Shown here: piece by piece, positions 30,139 to 38,455 of the stretch
How the letters are laid out: each line of letters begins with the position of its first letter
How positions within the stretch are numbered: the stretch's first letter is position 1
Position numbers and translations under genes: made by a program
IMG/VR virus record: IMGVR_UViG_3300044477_000126
Location: 1-38,900 of that record
From: a virus
Taxonomy: Duplodnaviria > Caudoviricetes
Strand: one strand, 5' to 3'
Length of the DNA: 38,900 nt
The notes under the pieces: model-generated
What the model saw: the letters and a program-made list of their open reading frames with translations, nothing else
Told to the model about the DNA's origin: nothing
Database searches by the model: none

Positions 30139-30172
30139 TATATATAACAATTTTTTGTAGTAGTGCTAATAT

Positions 30173-30210
30173 AAAACATGTTGCTAAAAATAAAATGGCA
30201 GCATGTTTTT
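30173..30210. terminator. Terminator at the late/early convergence
   Basis: AAAACATGTTGC...GCAGCATGTTTT. Confidence 0.7.
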
Positions 30211-30434
30211 GTTTTATCTTCATCAAGTAGAAATTCAATTTATTTCTTAGCTTCACAATTACTTAGAAAAATGTTATATTTATTCTAGTATTAAAAGTTT
30301 TAACATATTATTCTCTTTTGTAAATTATTCTTTTGTTTTGTGTAAATAGAAATAGCCAACTAATTTATTTTAGTTGGATATTTTACGTTTATACATTTTT
30401 GGCTATTTTAAAAAAGTATCGACAACATATTATA

Positions 30435-30752
30435 TCACAATCTTTCAATTTTCCACTTCCTTTCGACAAGCTTTTCAATGTGCTTTACATATTTTGATTC
30501 AATAACGTCCTTGCTTGTAGAAGTACAAGATTCCAATATAGACAAAAAAGTAATGCATGCTTGTATAACATCAAAACATTCTGAATACATATTGTCTATA
30601 ATGTGTAATTCTTCTAAATAAGTTAATTCATTATTCATTGATTTATTTACTTCTTCTAACAATTCTTGTAGTTCTTCCTCTACTTTTGCAGATTGCTCTT
30701 TTAAATCTAAGTTTATTCTATTATCATTTATTCCAATTTTATAAAATTCCAT
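30435..30752 (-). CDS. MazG-like nucleotide pyrophosphohydrolase fold protein
   Basis: KVEEELQELLEE...SECFDVIQ pattern. Confidence 0.6.
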   Translation of the reverse strand: MEFYKIGINDNRINLDLKEQSAKVEEELQELLEEVNKSMNNELTYLEELHIIDNMYSECFDVIQACITFLSILESCTSTSKDVIESKYVKHIEKLVERKWKIERL

Positions 30753-30977
30753 TTATTCATAAAAATAATCTATTTCTAGACTATTTTCTCCCTCTCTTTC
30801 TAATTTTTCTTCTTCAGTACTATTATAACATTTTATGCAAATATCATTATCATGGAAGTTTCTTGACACTTTTTTATGATTAATTCTCATATCAAACATA
30901 CTAACTTTTCTAACTGATGTATATCCACAATTTTCACAAACTGTAGTAATTTCAAGAATTGCTTTTTCATATCTCAT
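30753..30977 (-). CDS. Small Zn-ribbon protein
   Basis: CENC...CIKC; GGAGGT RBS. Confidence 0.65.
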   Translation of the reverse strand: MRYEKAILEITTVCENCGYTSVRKVSMFDMRINHKKVSRNFHDNDICIKCYNSTEEEKLEREGENSLEIDYFYE

Positions 30978-31266
30978 TATTACCTCCAGAATTCAAATTG
31001 TTGTCATATATTATTTTATCTTCATCAATAGAAGTGATTCTTGTTACGTACCTGTCAAGTACGCTTATCTCTATTTTAATCTTCTTCTTCAATTCTTTTG
31101 CTCTCTGTACCTTTCTCAAACTTTCTTCTGATAAAAAGATTATCCTGGCCACAAAAGTTTTACAGCTAGAATCATCAATAAAATTTATTTTTGCAGTCAT
31201 CCTCTTATTTTCTATTTGTAACAAAGTAACTCTTTCTATTGTCATATAATCATAATTAATAGTCAT
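30967..31266 (-). CDS. Hypothetical protein
   Basis: 99 aa; GAGG RBS. Confidence 0.65.
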   Translation of the reverse strand: MTINYDYMTIERVTLLQIENKRMTAKINFIDDSSCKTFVARIIFLSEESLRKVQRAKELKKKIKIEISVLDRYVTRITSIDEDKIIYDNNLNSGGNNEI

Positions 31267-31335
31267 TTTTACATTTTCCTCTCATTTAAAATCAAGAGAC
31301 TAAACCTAGTTAGTCTCTATTTGATAAAGAATCTT

Positions 31336-31842
31336 TTAAATTATTTTATTTTGCTTAAGATATTCTCTTATGAAATATTTGAAATAATTATATATATAAT
31401 TTGCACTTGCTTTTTTATCTAAAAATATATAGTCAAAATTATATCTAAATTTATAAGTATTGAGAGTTGCAATTATACTTTGTTGATTTGTTTTACTTCT
31501 ATAAGCTTCATTTAATACATCAATGTAACTTGTTTCTTCTATTATAAGTTGAAATCTTGTGTTATTTTCAGCTGATTTATTCAATTCATTTTCAAATTGT
31601 ATTCTTTTTCTAGTAATATTATTGCAAAATTCATCAATATTCATTTTTCTTTCTACAACGATATCATTTCTAAAGTCATAATCGCAACATACACATGAAT
31701 AGTCAGCAAATTCTAATTTATCATATACTATCTGAACATTATGTTTTTTGAATATATTTGTAATGTGTGAATTTTGATTTTCTCTAGTATCAACTATTAA
31801 TTTAAAAGTCTTAAAGATTTCATCAAAATCTTTTTTGCTCAT
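31336..31842 (-). CDS. ERCC4-domain nuclease (probable resolvase)
   Basis: IVDTREN, ADYS, VVERK motifs. Confidence 0.88.
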   Translation of the reverse strand: MSKKDFDEIFKTFKLIVDTRENQNSHITNIFKKHNVQIVYDKLEFADYSCVCCDYDFRNDIVVERKMNIDEFCNNITRKRIQFENELNKSAENNTRFQLIIEETSYIDVLNEAYRSKTNQQSIIATLNTYKFRYNFDYIFLDKKASANYIYNYFKYFIREYLKQNKII

Positions 31843-32297
31843 ATATTTACACCAAATTTTTCTATAAATATATCTTGAGTCAAAAAGTCTCCAAACTTAA
31901 AGCATAGTACTCTGTTATTATCTAGATTAATAAAGTAGAAAATATCACAATTTCTACTTAAAAATTTTATTTTAATTCTTTTAAATCTAGAGCTTTTATC
32001 ATAGCAACATGTCTTTGCAATTATTGTATCTTCTTGTTGTATTTTTCTCATTTCATTTATGAAAAGTTTCCTTTTTTCATAAAATATAGAAATTTCTTTA
32101 GGTACTCTAGAGTTGTGGATTACTTTTATTTCATCTCTTTTACTCAAGTAATTTCCAGTTGCAACCCTAGAAACTGTCGTACTGCTTACTTTATTTCTTC
32201 TTGCAACCTCACAAATTCTAATATTGTTATTTAAATCTTTTTGAATTTGGTTGACTAGTATCTCATCTAATTTTTTAGGCACTCTCAGCACCTCCAA
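31839..32297 (-). CDS. HTH-containing protein
   Basis: ICEVARRNKVSSTTVSRV. Confidence 0.65.
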   Translation of the reverse strand: MEVLRVPKKLDEILVNQIQKDLNNNIRICEVARRNKVSSTTVSRVATGNYLSKRDEIKVIHNSRVPKEISIFYEKRKLFINEMRKIQQEDTIIAKTCCYDKSSRFKRIKIKFLSRNCDIFYFINLDNNRVLCFKFGDFLTQDIFIEKFGVNI

Positions 32298-32649
32298 AAT
32301 TTGATAATATATTTATATATTCAAAATCTCTTTTATCAATTTGATCTGAAATTTTAAAGACTAATATTATTGTTTTGCTGATTAAATCATAGTCACAATT
32401 GATAATGTTTAAGTATTTATTTGACATCAAATTCGTAATCTCATTTAATGTAAACTTATTCAAACTTAATTTAATTTGTCTGAATGTAGAAATTTCTTGT
32501 TTTATTTTTTCTCTCATGTTTTTATTTTTGAGTGAATTTAAAATGTCTTCTTTTTTTTCAGAAATATTTCTTTGATTAAGATAAAGTACATCATCTTTTA
32601 GATAAAATCTATAACCTACAGAATATAACTCTTTTATTACTTCTAACAT
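32275..32649 (-). CDS. Hypothetical protein (N-terminus resembles TubC_N-like domains)
   Basis: IKELYSVGYRFYLKDDVL...ILNSLK pattern; weak resemblance. Confidence 0.5.
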   Translation of the reverse strand: MLEVIKELYSVGYRFYLKDDVLYLNQRNISEKKEDILNSLKNKNMREKIKQEISTFRQIKLSLNKFTLNEITNLMSNKYLNIINCDYDLISKTIILVFKISDQIDKRDFEYINILSNFGGAESA

Positions 32650-32687
32650 GCTTAAAATCCCCCTTTTATTCTTGTGTAGAGAGTGCT

Positions 32688-33278
32688 TTATTGCACTCTT
32701 ATATATTTGTTATATAATTCATTTGCTTTCTTTTCCTCAACATCTAAAGTGTTGAGTCCAGTTTCTTTTGTAAACTCTTCTTTTGCTTTATCAGCGAATT
32801 TATTTATAAATACCTTCCAAACTTCATTCATTTTAGTTTTTTTATCTAATTTAACTTCTTTCTTAACTTCTTTTTTACTTTCTTCATTTGTATTTGTTGA
32901 ATCAGAATCTTTTGTATCATCTATTAAGAAAAGACCATTTAAAGCGTATTTCCTAGCATAAGATGAACAGCTTCCTGTTATTTGGCTTGAATCCATTCCC
33001 TTTTTTACTTCTTCTTCTCTTGCAATTGCAGCTGTTTCTATCTTTTCTCCTGTATCAATGTCAATTAGTTTTGCAGTAGATTTTATATAAAATCTACCTT
33101 CAACATTAATTATTTCATCCCCTAATATCAATGTTAACCCATTACAGTTTAGAATAGGCTTCAAAGCTTCAAGAACATCTTCACAGCTTCTATATTTATA
33201 TTTACCAAAGCTATTATATTGATTCTTTGGTGCTTTTAATTCTATTTGTACATTAATCAACTTCTTATATATATTCAT
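32688..33278 (-). CDS. erf: ERF-family single-strand annealing protein
   Basis: KAPKNQYNSFGKYKYRSCEDVLEALKP; QITGSCSSYARKYALNGLF. Confidence 0.92.
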   Translation of the reverse strand: MNIYKKLINVQIELKAPKNQYNSFGKYKYRSCEDVLEALKPILNCNGLTLILGDEIINVEGRFYIKSTAKLIDIDTGEKIETAAIAREEEVKKGMDSSQITGSCSSYARKYALNGLFLIDDTKDSDSTNTNEESKKEVKKEVKLDKKTKMNEVWKVFINKFADKAKEEFTKETGLNTLDVEEKKANELYNKYIRVQ

Positions 33279-33363
33279 ATTTATTCTCCTTTTAATATTT
33301 TCATAAAAATTATTCCAATTATCAACCCTACCAAAACTTTTATTATCATTTGAGCACTAGAGC

Positions 33364-33738
33364 CTAAAAAGGCTCGTTTCCCCAATTTTTTTCAATATAT
33401 TCCATTTCTTTTAAGTCAGATGCATAATAAAATTCTTGTGTACATCTGTCATAATACATTTCTTCATCTTCTTCATCATAATATATTTCTTCGTCTATTG
33501 ATTCTCTGTACTCTGCTTCGCTTTTATAAACCTCATTTGTAAACTCATCAAAATTAATTTCTTCAAATGCAATTGCAGTTACTTTGTATCTTCCTCCTTC
33601 AATAGCCTCTGACATGTAACCACTTTTTGACAATTCATTTATTTCATTACAATTAACTTTTCCAACGAACTCACCTTCTAGCTTTACCTTTTTAACAATT
33701 TTATTTACTCTCTTAATCATTTCATTTACTTTTTCCAT
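33364..33738 (-). CDS. Acidic hypothetical early protein
   Basis: 124 aa; D/E/Y-rich C-terminus; strong promoter and RBS. Confidence 0.75.
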   Translation of the reverse strand: MEKVNEMIKRVNKIVKKVKLEGEFVGKVNCNEINELSKSGYMSEAIEGGRYKVTAIAFEEINFDEFTNEVYKSEAEYRESIDEEIYYDEEDEEMYYDRCTQEFYYASDLKEMEYIEKNWGNEPF

Positions 33739-33792
33739 AATAACATTCTCCTTTAAGTTTTATTTTTTTGTTTTGCTCGTTTCTATATTCTT

Positions 33793-33830
33793 ATTATATA
33801 AAAAGTGCTTACATATGTCAACACTTTTTT
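33793..33830 (-). promoter_or_regulatory. Consensus sigmaA promoter with overlapping inverted repeat (copy 1)
   Basis: TTGACA (33816-33821), N17, TATAAT (33793-33798). Confidence 0.9.
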
Positions 33831-33839
33831 AAAATTAAT

Positions 33840-34472
33840 TTATCTATATCTTTGTGATAATTCTAATACTGCTGTTACTTCTGCATTATATAAATTATTA
33901 AAATTGTCTATTATATCTTTTAAATAATTGTAATCATTATAAAAGTCAGAGTTTATAAAAATATCTGTATATTTATCATAGAATTTTATGGCTAATTTTA
34001 CTTCTTCTAATGTTGTCTCAACATAATTTATATTTCTATCATACTGTTTTATAAGTTCAGTATATTTTTCATTGTCATGTCTTCTTACTAATTGTCTATA
34101 TTTTCTGCTTATAGCATCATAAAAAACATGTAAGCTTTTAAAGTCTTTTCTTTCTTCATCAAATGTAACTGGTCTTAGTTTTGTACTATCATATACATTA
34201 TTGCTAATCTCTCTAAAAGCTTCAGAGCTACTCATCTTTTCTACATTGACTAGATAGTTAAAAGCATCTCCACCTCTGCAACATTGTGTAAAGCTGCTAT
34301 ATGTATTAGTCTCATGAAAATAAACAAAATGCCACTTTTTACCGTTACAACAGGGACATTGTTTAAATCTTATTACTCTTTTACCTCTTATATTTTGTTC
34401 TTTTCTTTCTCCAAGAATACGATCTGCAAAATTATAATTTAAAATTGCTTCCTTAAATTGTATATTATCCAT
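33840..34472 (-). CDS. Primase-type Zn-binding (CHC2-like) protein without TOPRIM
   Basis: CPCC...H...CCRGGDAFNYLVNVEKMSSSEA; remainder helical. Confidence 0.7.
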   Translation of the reverse strand: MDNIQFKEAILNYNFADRILGERKEQNIRGKRVIRFKQCPCCNGKKWHFVYFHETNTYSSFTQCCRGGDAFNYLVNVEKMSSSEAFREISNNVYDSTKLRPVTFDEERKDFKSLHVFYDAISRKYRQLVRRHDNEKYTELIKQYDRNINYVETTLEEVKLAIKFYDKYTDIFINSDFYNDYNYLKDIIDNFNNLYNAEVTAVLELSQRYR

Positions 34473-34649
34473 CTAATTTTCCTCACTTTCAAAAATTGGT
34501 TTCAATTTTAACTCATTATTTTTACCAACTTCATAGCTAAAAGCCGTAATTTTTTTTCCAGTTTCAACTAACACTTTTTTCCTATACCAGCTAGGCATTG
34601 TTATCGTAAAACTATTTCCTGACTTCCTTACATTTCTAATATCTCTCAT
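34473..34649 (-). CDS. AbrB/MazE-like DNA-binding protein (58 aa, not in ORF track)
   Basis: Hand translation MRDIRNVRKSGNSFTITMPSWYRKKVLVETGKKITAFSYEVGKNNELKLKPIFESEEN; GGAGGT RBS. Confidence 0.75.
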   Translation of the reverse strand: MRDIRNVRKSGNSFTITMPSWYRKKVLVETGKKITAFSYEVGKNNELKLKPIFESEEN

Positions 34650-34684
34650 TATATTTTTACCTCCAAATGTTATTTTATACTCTA

Positions 34685-34718
34685 ATATTATAATAAGTGC
34701 TTACATTTGTCAACACTT
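34685..34718 (-). promoter_or_regulatory. Related promoter/operator (copy 2)
   Basis: AAGTGTTGACAAATGTAAGCACTT on the minus strand; TTGACA at 34708-34713. Confidence 0.75.
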
Positions 34719-34887
34719 ATTTGTTTTATAAATAATCGTTTTTACCAGTTGTAAAATTGATTTTAGGCTGACTAACTGTAATATATTTCTATCTGATGAA
34801 GATATACAAGTTCTAAATATCTACAAATATTCTTTTATTTGTAATCTCAAATTGTTTTATATATTTTTACATTTTAATTAATTTGTG

Positions 34888-35262
34888 TTGTGACACGCTT
34901 GTGATAAAAAGCTTGTGTTGTGACAGATTTCTTTGTGACAGATTTTGTGTTGTGACAATATTCTTGTGACAGTTTCCAAATTTCTTTGTGACAATTTCCA
35001 ATTATGCTTGTGACGTTTTCCATATTTTTGTGTTGTGACAGATTTCTTTGTGACAGATTTCTTTGTGACAATATTCATTGTGACGCTTTTTTCTTCTACA
35101 TGTAGAAAGAAATTGAACATGATTCTTTGTGACAATATTCATTGTGACACTTTTTTGTGTTGTGACAAGAATTTTTGTGTTGTGACAATTTCCAATTTTT
35201 CTTGTGACAACTGGAAACGTCACAAAGAATTTTCTTGTGTTGTGACAACTTTCTTTGTGACA
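34888..35262 (+). repeat. Polarized TTGTGAC(A/G) box array
   Basis: 18 direct copies, one TTGTGAT, one inverted copy (35218-35225); palindrome TTCTACATGTAGAA at 35094-35107. Confidence 0.95.
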
Positions 35263-35270
35263 AATAAAAA

Positions 35271-35300
35271 AATACCCTAGAATTTTACATCTAGAGTATT
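35271..35300 (-). terminator. Terminator after the 420-aa membrane protein gene
   Basis: Minus strand AATACTCTAG...CTAGGGTATT followed by T run. Confidence 0.6.
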
Positions 35301-35306
35301 GTAAAA

Positions 35307-36569
35307 TCATTTCCAAAACGTTCCATTTGATTTCCTTTCTAACTTTCCTTGACCTTCAAAGAAATCATAAACTTTTCCAACTTCTCGTTCTGGGACTGCT
35401 AAAATTCCTGATAATTTTCTTTGACCTGGCAATTTTTTATTTCCATTTTCTCGTTCAAATTCTAGATACTCAATTACTTTTTTATTTAAAGTGTTTGTTA
35501 GTTCTTTTACAGTTTTTTCTTTTGTTATTTTTTGTTTTATTGGTAAAAATTCCTCTTGTGTAATTATTTCAGTTGAAGTAAAAGATGGGATAGTATTTTC
35601 CAATTTTTTAGGTTCAATTTTTTCTTCTTTGATTTCTAATGAGGCTTTTTTAGTTTTTTTATCTTCATCAAATATAAGTGAGTTAAAGTTTTCTGCTTCC
35701 AGATCTGTTTTGTTATTTGATGAAGAATCTTTTAAACTATCTGGTTCAAATTCTTGGAGTGGGGGAGTGGTACTGTTCGCTTTTTTCTTTGCATCAATAT
35801 AAAATCCTATTCCAGTTAGTTCCAAAACCAAAGAAAATATAAAAAATACTGTTTTCTTATTCTCTTCTGTACCAAATACCGAACTCATACCATCTTCAAC
35901 TTTTAGATTTAAAGTACTCAAATCTTTCTTGTTTTCTTCATTCACAACAATTTCTTGACCTTGTACCTTCAGCAACTCATCTCTCTTATTTTTAATTTGT
36001 TGATCATATTCAGACCTTTTATTATTTATTTCTGTGTTTAATTTTGCCTTAACATCTAGATAAGACTTTGGATAACTATCTCTAGTTTTAACTAAGTCAT
36101 TTACTGCAGCTGTTTTAGAATTTTCTAAGTCTGTTATTTGCTTATTAATCGTTTCAATTGTCTTATCCTTATTTCCTTTTAACTCAATTGCCTTTTCTCT
36201 TGCCTCTTTGCCTTCTAGATCTTTTTGTGCCTGTTTATACTCAATAGAGTTTTTCTTCATGCTGTTTTCTTGCTTATTAGCTTGATTTACGCTAAATACT
36301 AAACTTGCAGTAATAGAAATGCCAAACAGCATCAATGCAAGAATAGCACAATATACACGCCAACCCATTCTTTTACCATAAAATATTTCATGAGAAAAGT
36401 AATATTTCCCCATTTCAGTTGGTATTGCATAGATACAAAATACTAACTTTGCCCAAAATTCGTATCCTTGGCTTTGCATTAAAGCTATTGTAAATGTCGC
36501 ACTTGCAAAAAAACAGAGAAAAGACATATAATTAGATAGAGTTAATTTTTTAATATTGTATTTTTTCAT
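35307..36569 (-). CDS. Four-TM, coiled-coil membrane protein with C-terminal GntR-like winged HTH
   Basis: 3 hydrophobic helices (aa ~11-94), coiled coil, 4th helix TVFFIFSLVLELTGIGFYI, C-terminal KLPGQRKLSGILAVPEREVGKVYDFFEGQGKLERKSNGTF. Confidence 0.8.
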   Translation of the reverse strand: MKKYNIKKLTLSNYMSFLCFFASATFTIALMQSQGYEFWAKLVFCIYAIPTEMGKYYFSHEIFYGKRMGWRVYCAILALMLFGISITASLVFSVNQANKQENSMKKNSIEYKQAQKDLEGKEAREKAIELKGNKDKTIETINKQITDLENSKTAAVNDLVKTRDSYPKSYLDVKAKLNTEINNKRSEYDQQIKNKRDELLKVQGQEIVVNEENKKDLSTLNLKVEDGMSSVFGTEENKKTVFFIFSLVLELTGIGFYIDAKKKANSTTPPLQEFEPDSLKDSSSNNKTDLEAENFNSLIFDEDKKTKKASLEIKEEKIEPKKLENTIPSFTSTEIITQEEFLPIKQKITKEKTVKELTNTLNKKVIEYLEFERENGNKKLPGQRKLSGILAVPEREVGKVYDFFEGQGKLERKSNGTFWK

Positions 36570-36595
36570 ATACTTGTTTTCCTTTCTATTATAGT

Positions 36596-36629
36596 TAAAA
36601 GCTGTATTCAGTTTAGAATACAGCTTTTA
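36596..36629 (-). terminator. Hairpin upstream of the membrane protein gene
   Basis: TAAAAGCTGTATTC-AGTTTA-GAATACAGCTTTTA perfect stem. Confidence 0.7.
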
Positions 36630-36635
36630 TTATTT

Positions 36636-36806
36636 TTATATTCCTATCATCATTTTTTCGACTAATTCGATTAATTCAGGACTTGTTAGATGACTAAACT
36701 TGTACTTCTTAGTTCTTACTTCGATTATGTTATACAGATTATTCTCATTTTTAACCATATACCCATTACTTTGTAAATAATTTACTGCGTCTACTAATTT
36801 AATCAT
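36636..36806 (-). CDS. Small early protein (56 aa, not in ORF track)
   Basis: MIKLVDAVNYLQSNGYMVK...; AAGGAGAA RBS. Confidence 0.7.
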   Translation of the reverse strand: MIKLVDAVNYLQSNGYMVKNENNLYNIIEVRTKKYKFSHLTSPELIELVEKMMIGI

Positions 36807-36948
36807 TTTAATTTCTCCTTTTAATTTTTAATATTTTTTACTTTTATTGTTTTATAAAGTTCGTTTATTTCTTCATTTTTATAACTTAAATCTCTAAAAA
36901 GTATCATTATTACAGTACACAATATTATTATTATCATTCCCATTACTG

Positions 36949-37176
36949 TTATTGCCATTTTTTTATTATCCTTTCTGTTTCAATTTCAATTGTTTTCTTG
37001 TCATTACTTTTATAAATTTCACCAAAAAGAAATATTATTCTGTTTGCTGATTCTATATTTAAAACTTTATTGTATAGTTCTTTGTTTTCTATTGCCATTA
37101 AAACTTTAAGTTTTATTTGTTTAGCTATACTTAAAACTGTCATATCATTATAAATGTTTATATTTAAGTTTTGCAT
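36949..37176 (-). CDS. Small early hypothetical protein
   Basis: 75 aa; AAGGAGAA RBS. Confidence 0.7.
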   Translation of the reverse strand: MQNLNINIYNDMTVLSIAKQIKLKVLMAIENKELYNKVLNIESANRIIFLFGEIYKSNDKKTIEIETERIIKKWQ

Positions 37177-37217
37177 ATTGTTCTCCTTTCAGGAGGGGAT
37201 TAACCCTCCTATTTAAT

Positions 37218-37373
37218 TTAGTTATTATTTGTATCAATATTTTTAATACATTTGCTATTTAGGCAGTAAGGTTCTGTTTTATTTACTGTTAATATTTCGC
37301 TTTTGCAGCTTTTGCATATCCAAACATGAACTTCTTGTCCTTCTCTTCTTATCCTTGTTCCAAAATAAATCAT
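37218..37373 (-). CDS. Small Zn-ribbon early protein (51 aa, not in ORF track)
   Basis: MIYFGTRIREEGQEVHVWICKSCK...YCLNSKC; AAGGAGAA RBS. Confidence 0.65.
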   Translation of the reverse strand: MIYFGTRIRREGQEVHVWICKSCKSEILTVNKTEPYCLNSKCIKNIDTNNN

Positions 37374-37393
37374 GTTATATTCTCCTTTAATTT

Positions 37394-37786
37394 TTATTTT
37401 TTTGAATATGGTCTCACTTTATTTACTAAATCTATTTCTTCTTTAGTAAATAAAGTCAAAAGCTCTTTTGTTGTAAAATTGTGCCAGTATGACCAATCAA
37501 CTCTATTACCAAGAGCATTGTTGTCTAGAGTTGATTGACTTATTCTGAATAAGTATTTTCTGTTACTTTCCCAATTATATCCTATATAGTTATAATCATT
37601 TCCAATTACTTGTGCAATAATTTCTTTTGCTATTCTAGATGTAATTTTTGTGTTTTTTAAATTTGCAAAATTGTTAGAAGGACAAGCTGTTCTTTCGAAT
37701 ATTTTTCCTCCAAATATATAAATTATTTTTCCGTCACAGCCTATCCTTTTGCATCTTGAGTTAAAATTTTTACATAAAATCTCCAC
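37394..37786 (-). CDS. Early hypothetical protein
   Basis: 130 aa; GTG start; AAGGAGAA RBS. Confidence 0.75.
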   Translation of the reverse strand: MEILCKNFNSRCKRIGCDGKIIYIFGGKIFERTACPSNNFANLKNTKITSRIAKEIIAQVIGNDYNYIGYNWESNRKYLFRISQSTLDNNALGNRVDWSYWHNFTTKELLTLFTKEEIDLVNKVRPYSKK

Positions 37787-37966
37787 TTTTATTCTCCTTT
37801 AATTATTTTATTTTGTGTTAAATGCCAGATGGGGAATCGAACCCTACTTAGTCAATCCCAATCAATTAAATTTCAAATATTTCATACATTAATTTTTATT
37901 ATTTGTTTTGTACTACTAAAACTTGGTGGGGAATTGAACCCCACTAAAACCATCAAGTTTAAAATA

Positions 37967-38217
37967 TTATTTAATTCTTTCTATTAGTGACCATATTCCA
38001 TTTACACAATCTACAACATCCTCATCGTCAATTGTTACAAAAGATGTTCTATAGTTGAATATATAATCTTCAGTAAAGAAATCTACATCGCAAGCATTTT
38101 TAAATGATGTATCTTTAACAAATTGTGAGGAAAGAAAATATTATTTAGAAATGATATTTTCTTTCCTCTTGATAGGGTTGTATCTTTAACACTATTAAAT
38201 AATTCTAATATATTCAT
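37967..38217 (-). pseudogene. Small acidic early gene interrupted by a 71-bp insertion
   Basis: Removing 38121-38191 restores a 59-aa ORF with strong RBS. Confidence 0.7.
38108..38191. mobile_element. Miniature hairpin insertion with 13-bp flanking direct repeats
   Basis: TGTATCTTTAACA at 38108-38120 and 38179-38191; internal 15-bp inverted repeat 38127-38168. Confidence 0.6.
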
Positions 38218-38254
38218 AATTATTCTCCTTTAAATTTTATTTTATTTTTTTTAT

Positions 38255-38455
38255 TTATACTTCTTCAGTTGTTCCAATTTTAACTATTTTTGTAGTATTT
38301 CCTAAATATTCAAATCCATTTTCTTTTAACCAAGAATGCTTTAAGTCTATTAATTCATCTATCTTTCTTGCTTTAACTTTTATACCTTGTTCTGTTAAAA
38401 TTTGCTCACATTCTCCTGCATCAATTCTCTTAACTATCTCTAAATTCATATTCAT
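38255..38455 (-). CDS. First early gene, hypothetical
   Basis: 66 aa; GAGGAG RBS; downstream of consensus promoter. Confidence 0.75.
   Translation of the reverse strand: MNMNLEIVKRIDAGECEQILTEQGIKVKARKIDELIDLKHSWLKENGFEYLGNTTKIVKIGTTEEV

Noticed and set aside
30462-30468. Isolated Spo0A box TTCGACA
   Set aside because: A few matches to a 7-mer are expected by chance, and this one lies within a CDS
34888-35262. CRISPR/TIGR-like guide array or matS sites
   Set aside because: Inter-box sequences are short, irregular and themselves repeated; no Cas or Nop-domain protein seen; boxes are half-sites, not the GTGACRNYGTCAC palindrome
34874-35316. Track ORFs over the TTGTGACA array (CHKEICH / SVTKKSVT peptides)
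   Set aside because: Open in several frames, lack RBSs, and simply translate the DNA repeat
2125-35802. Antisense and nested track ORFs (e.g. 2125-2457, 7140-7559, 23977-24627, 28385-28663, 35491-35802)
   Set aside because: Shadows of well-supported genes, without RBS or recognisable motifs
37823-37960. Complete tRNA genes
   Set aside because: No D-arm or anticodon arm can be folded; kept only as tRNA-like fragments
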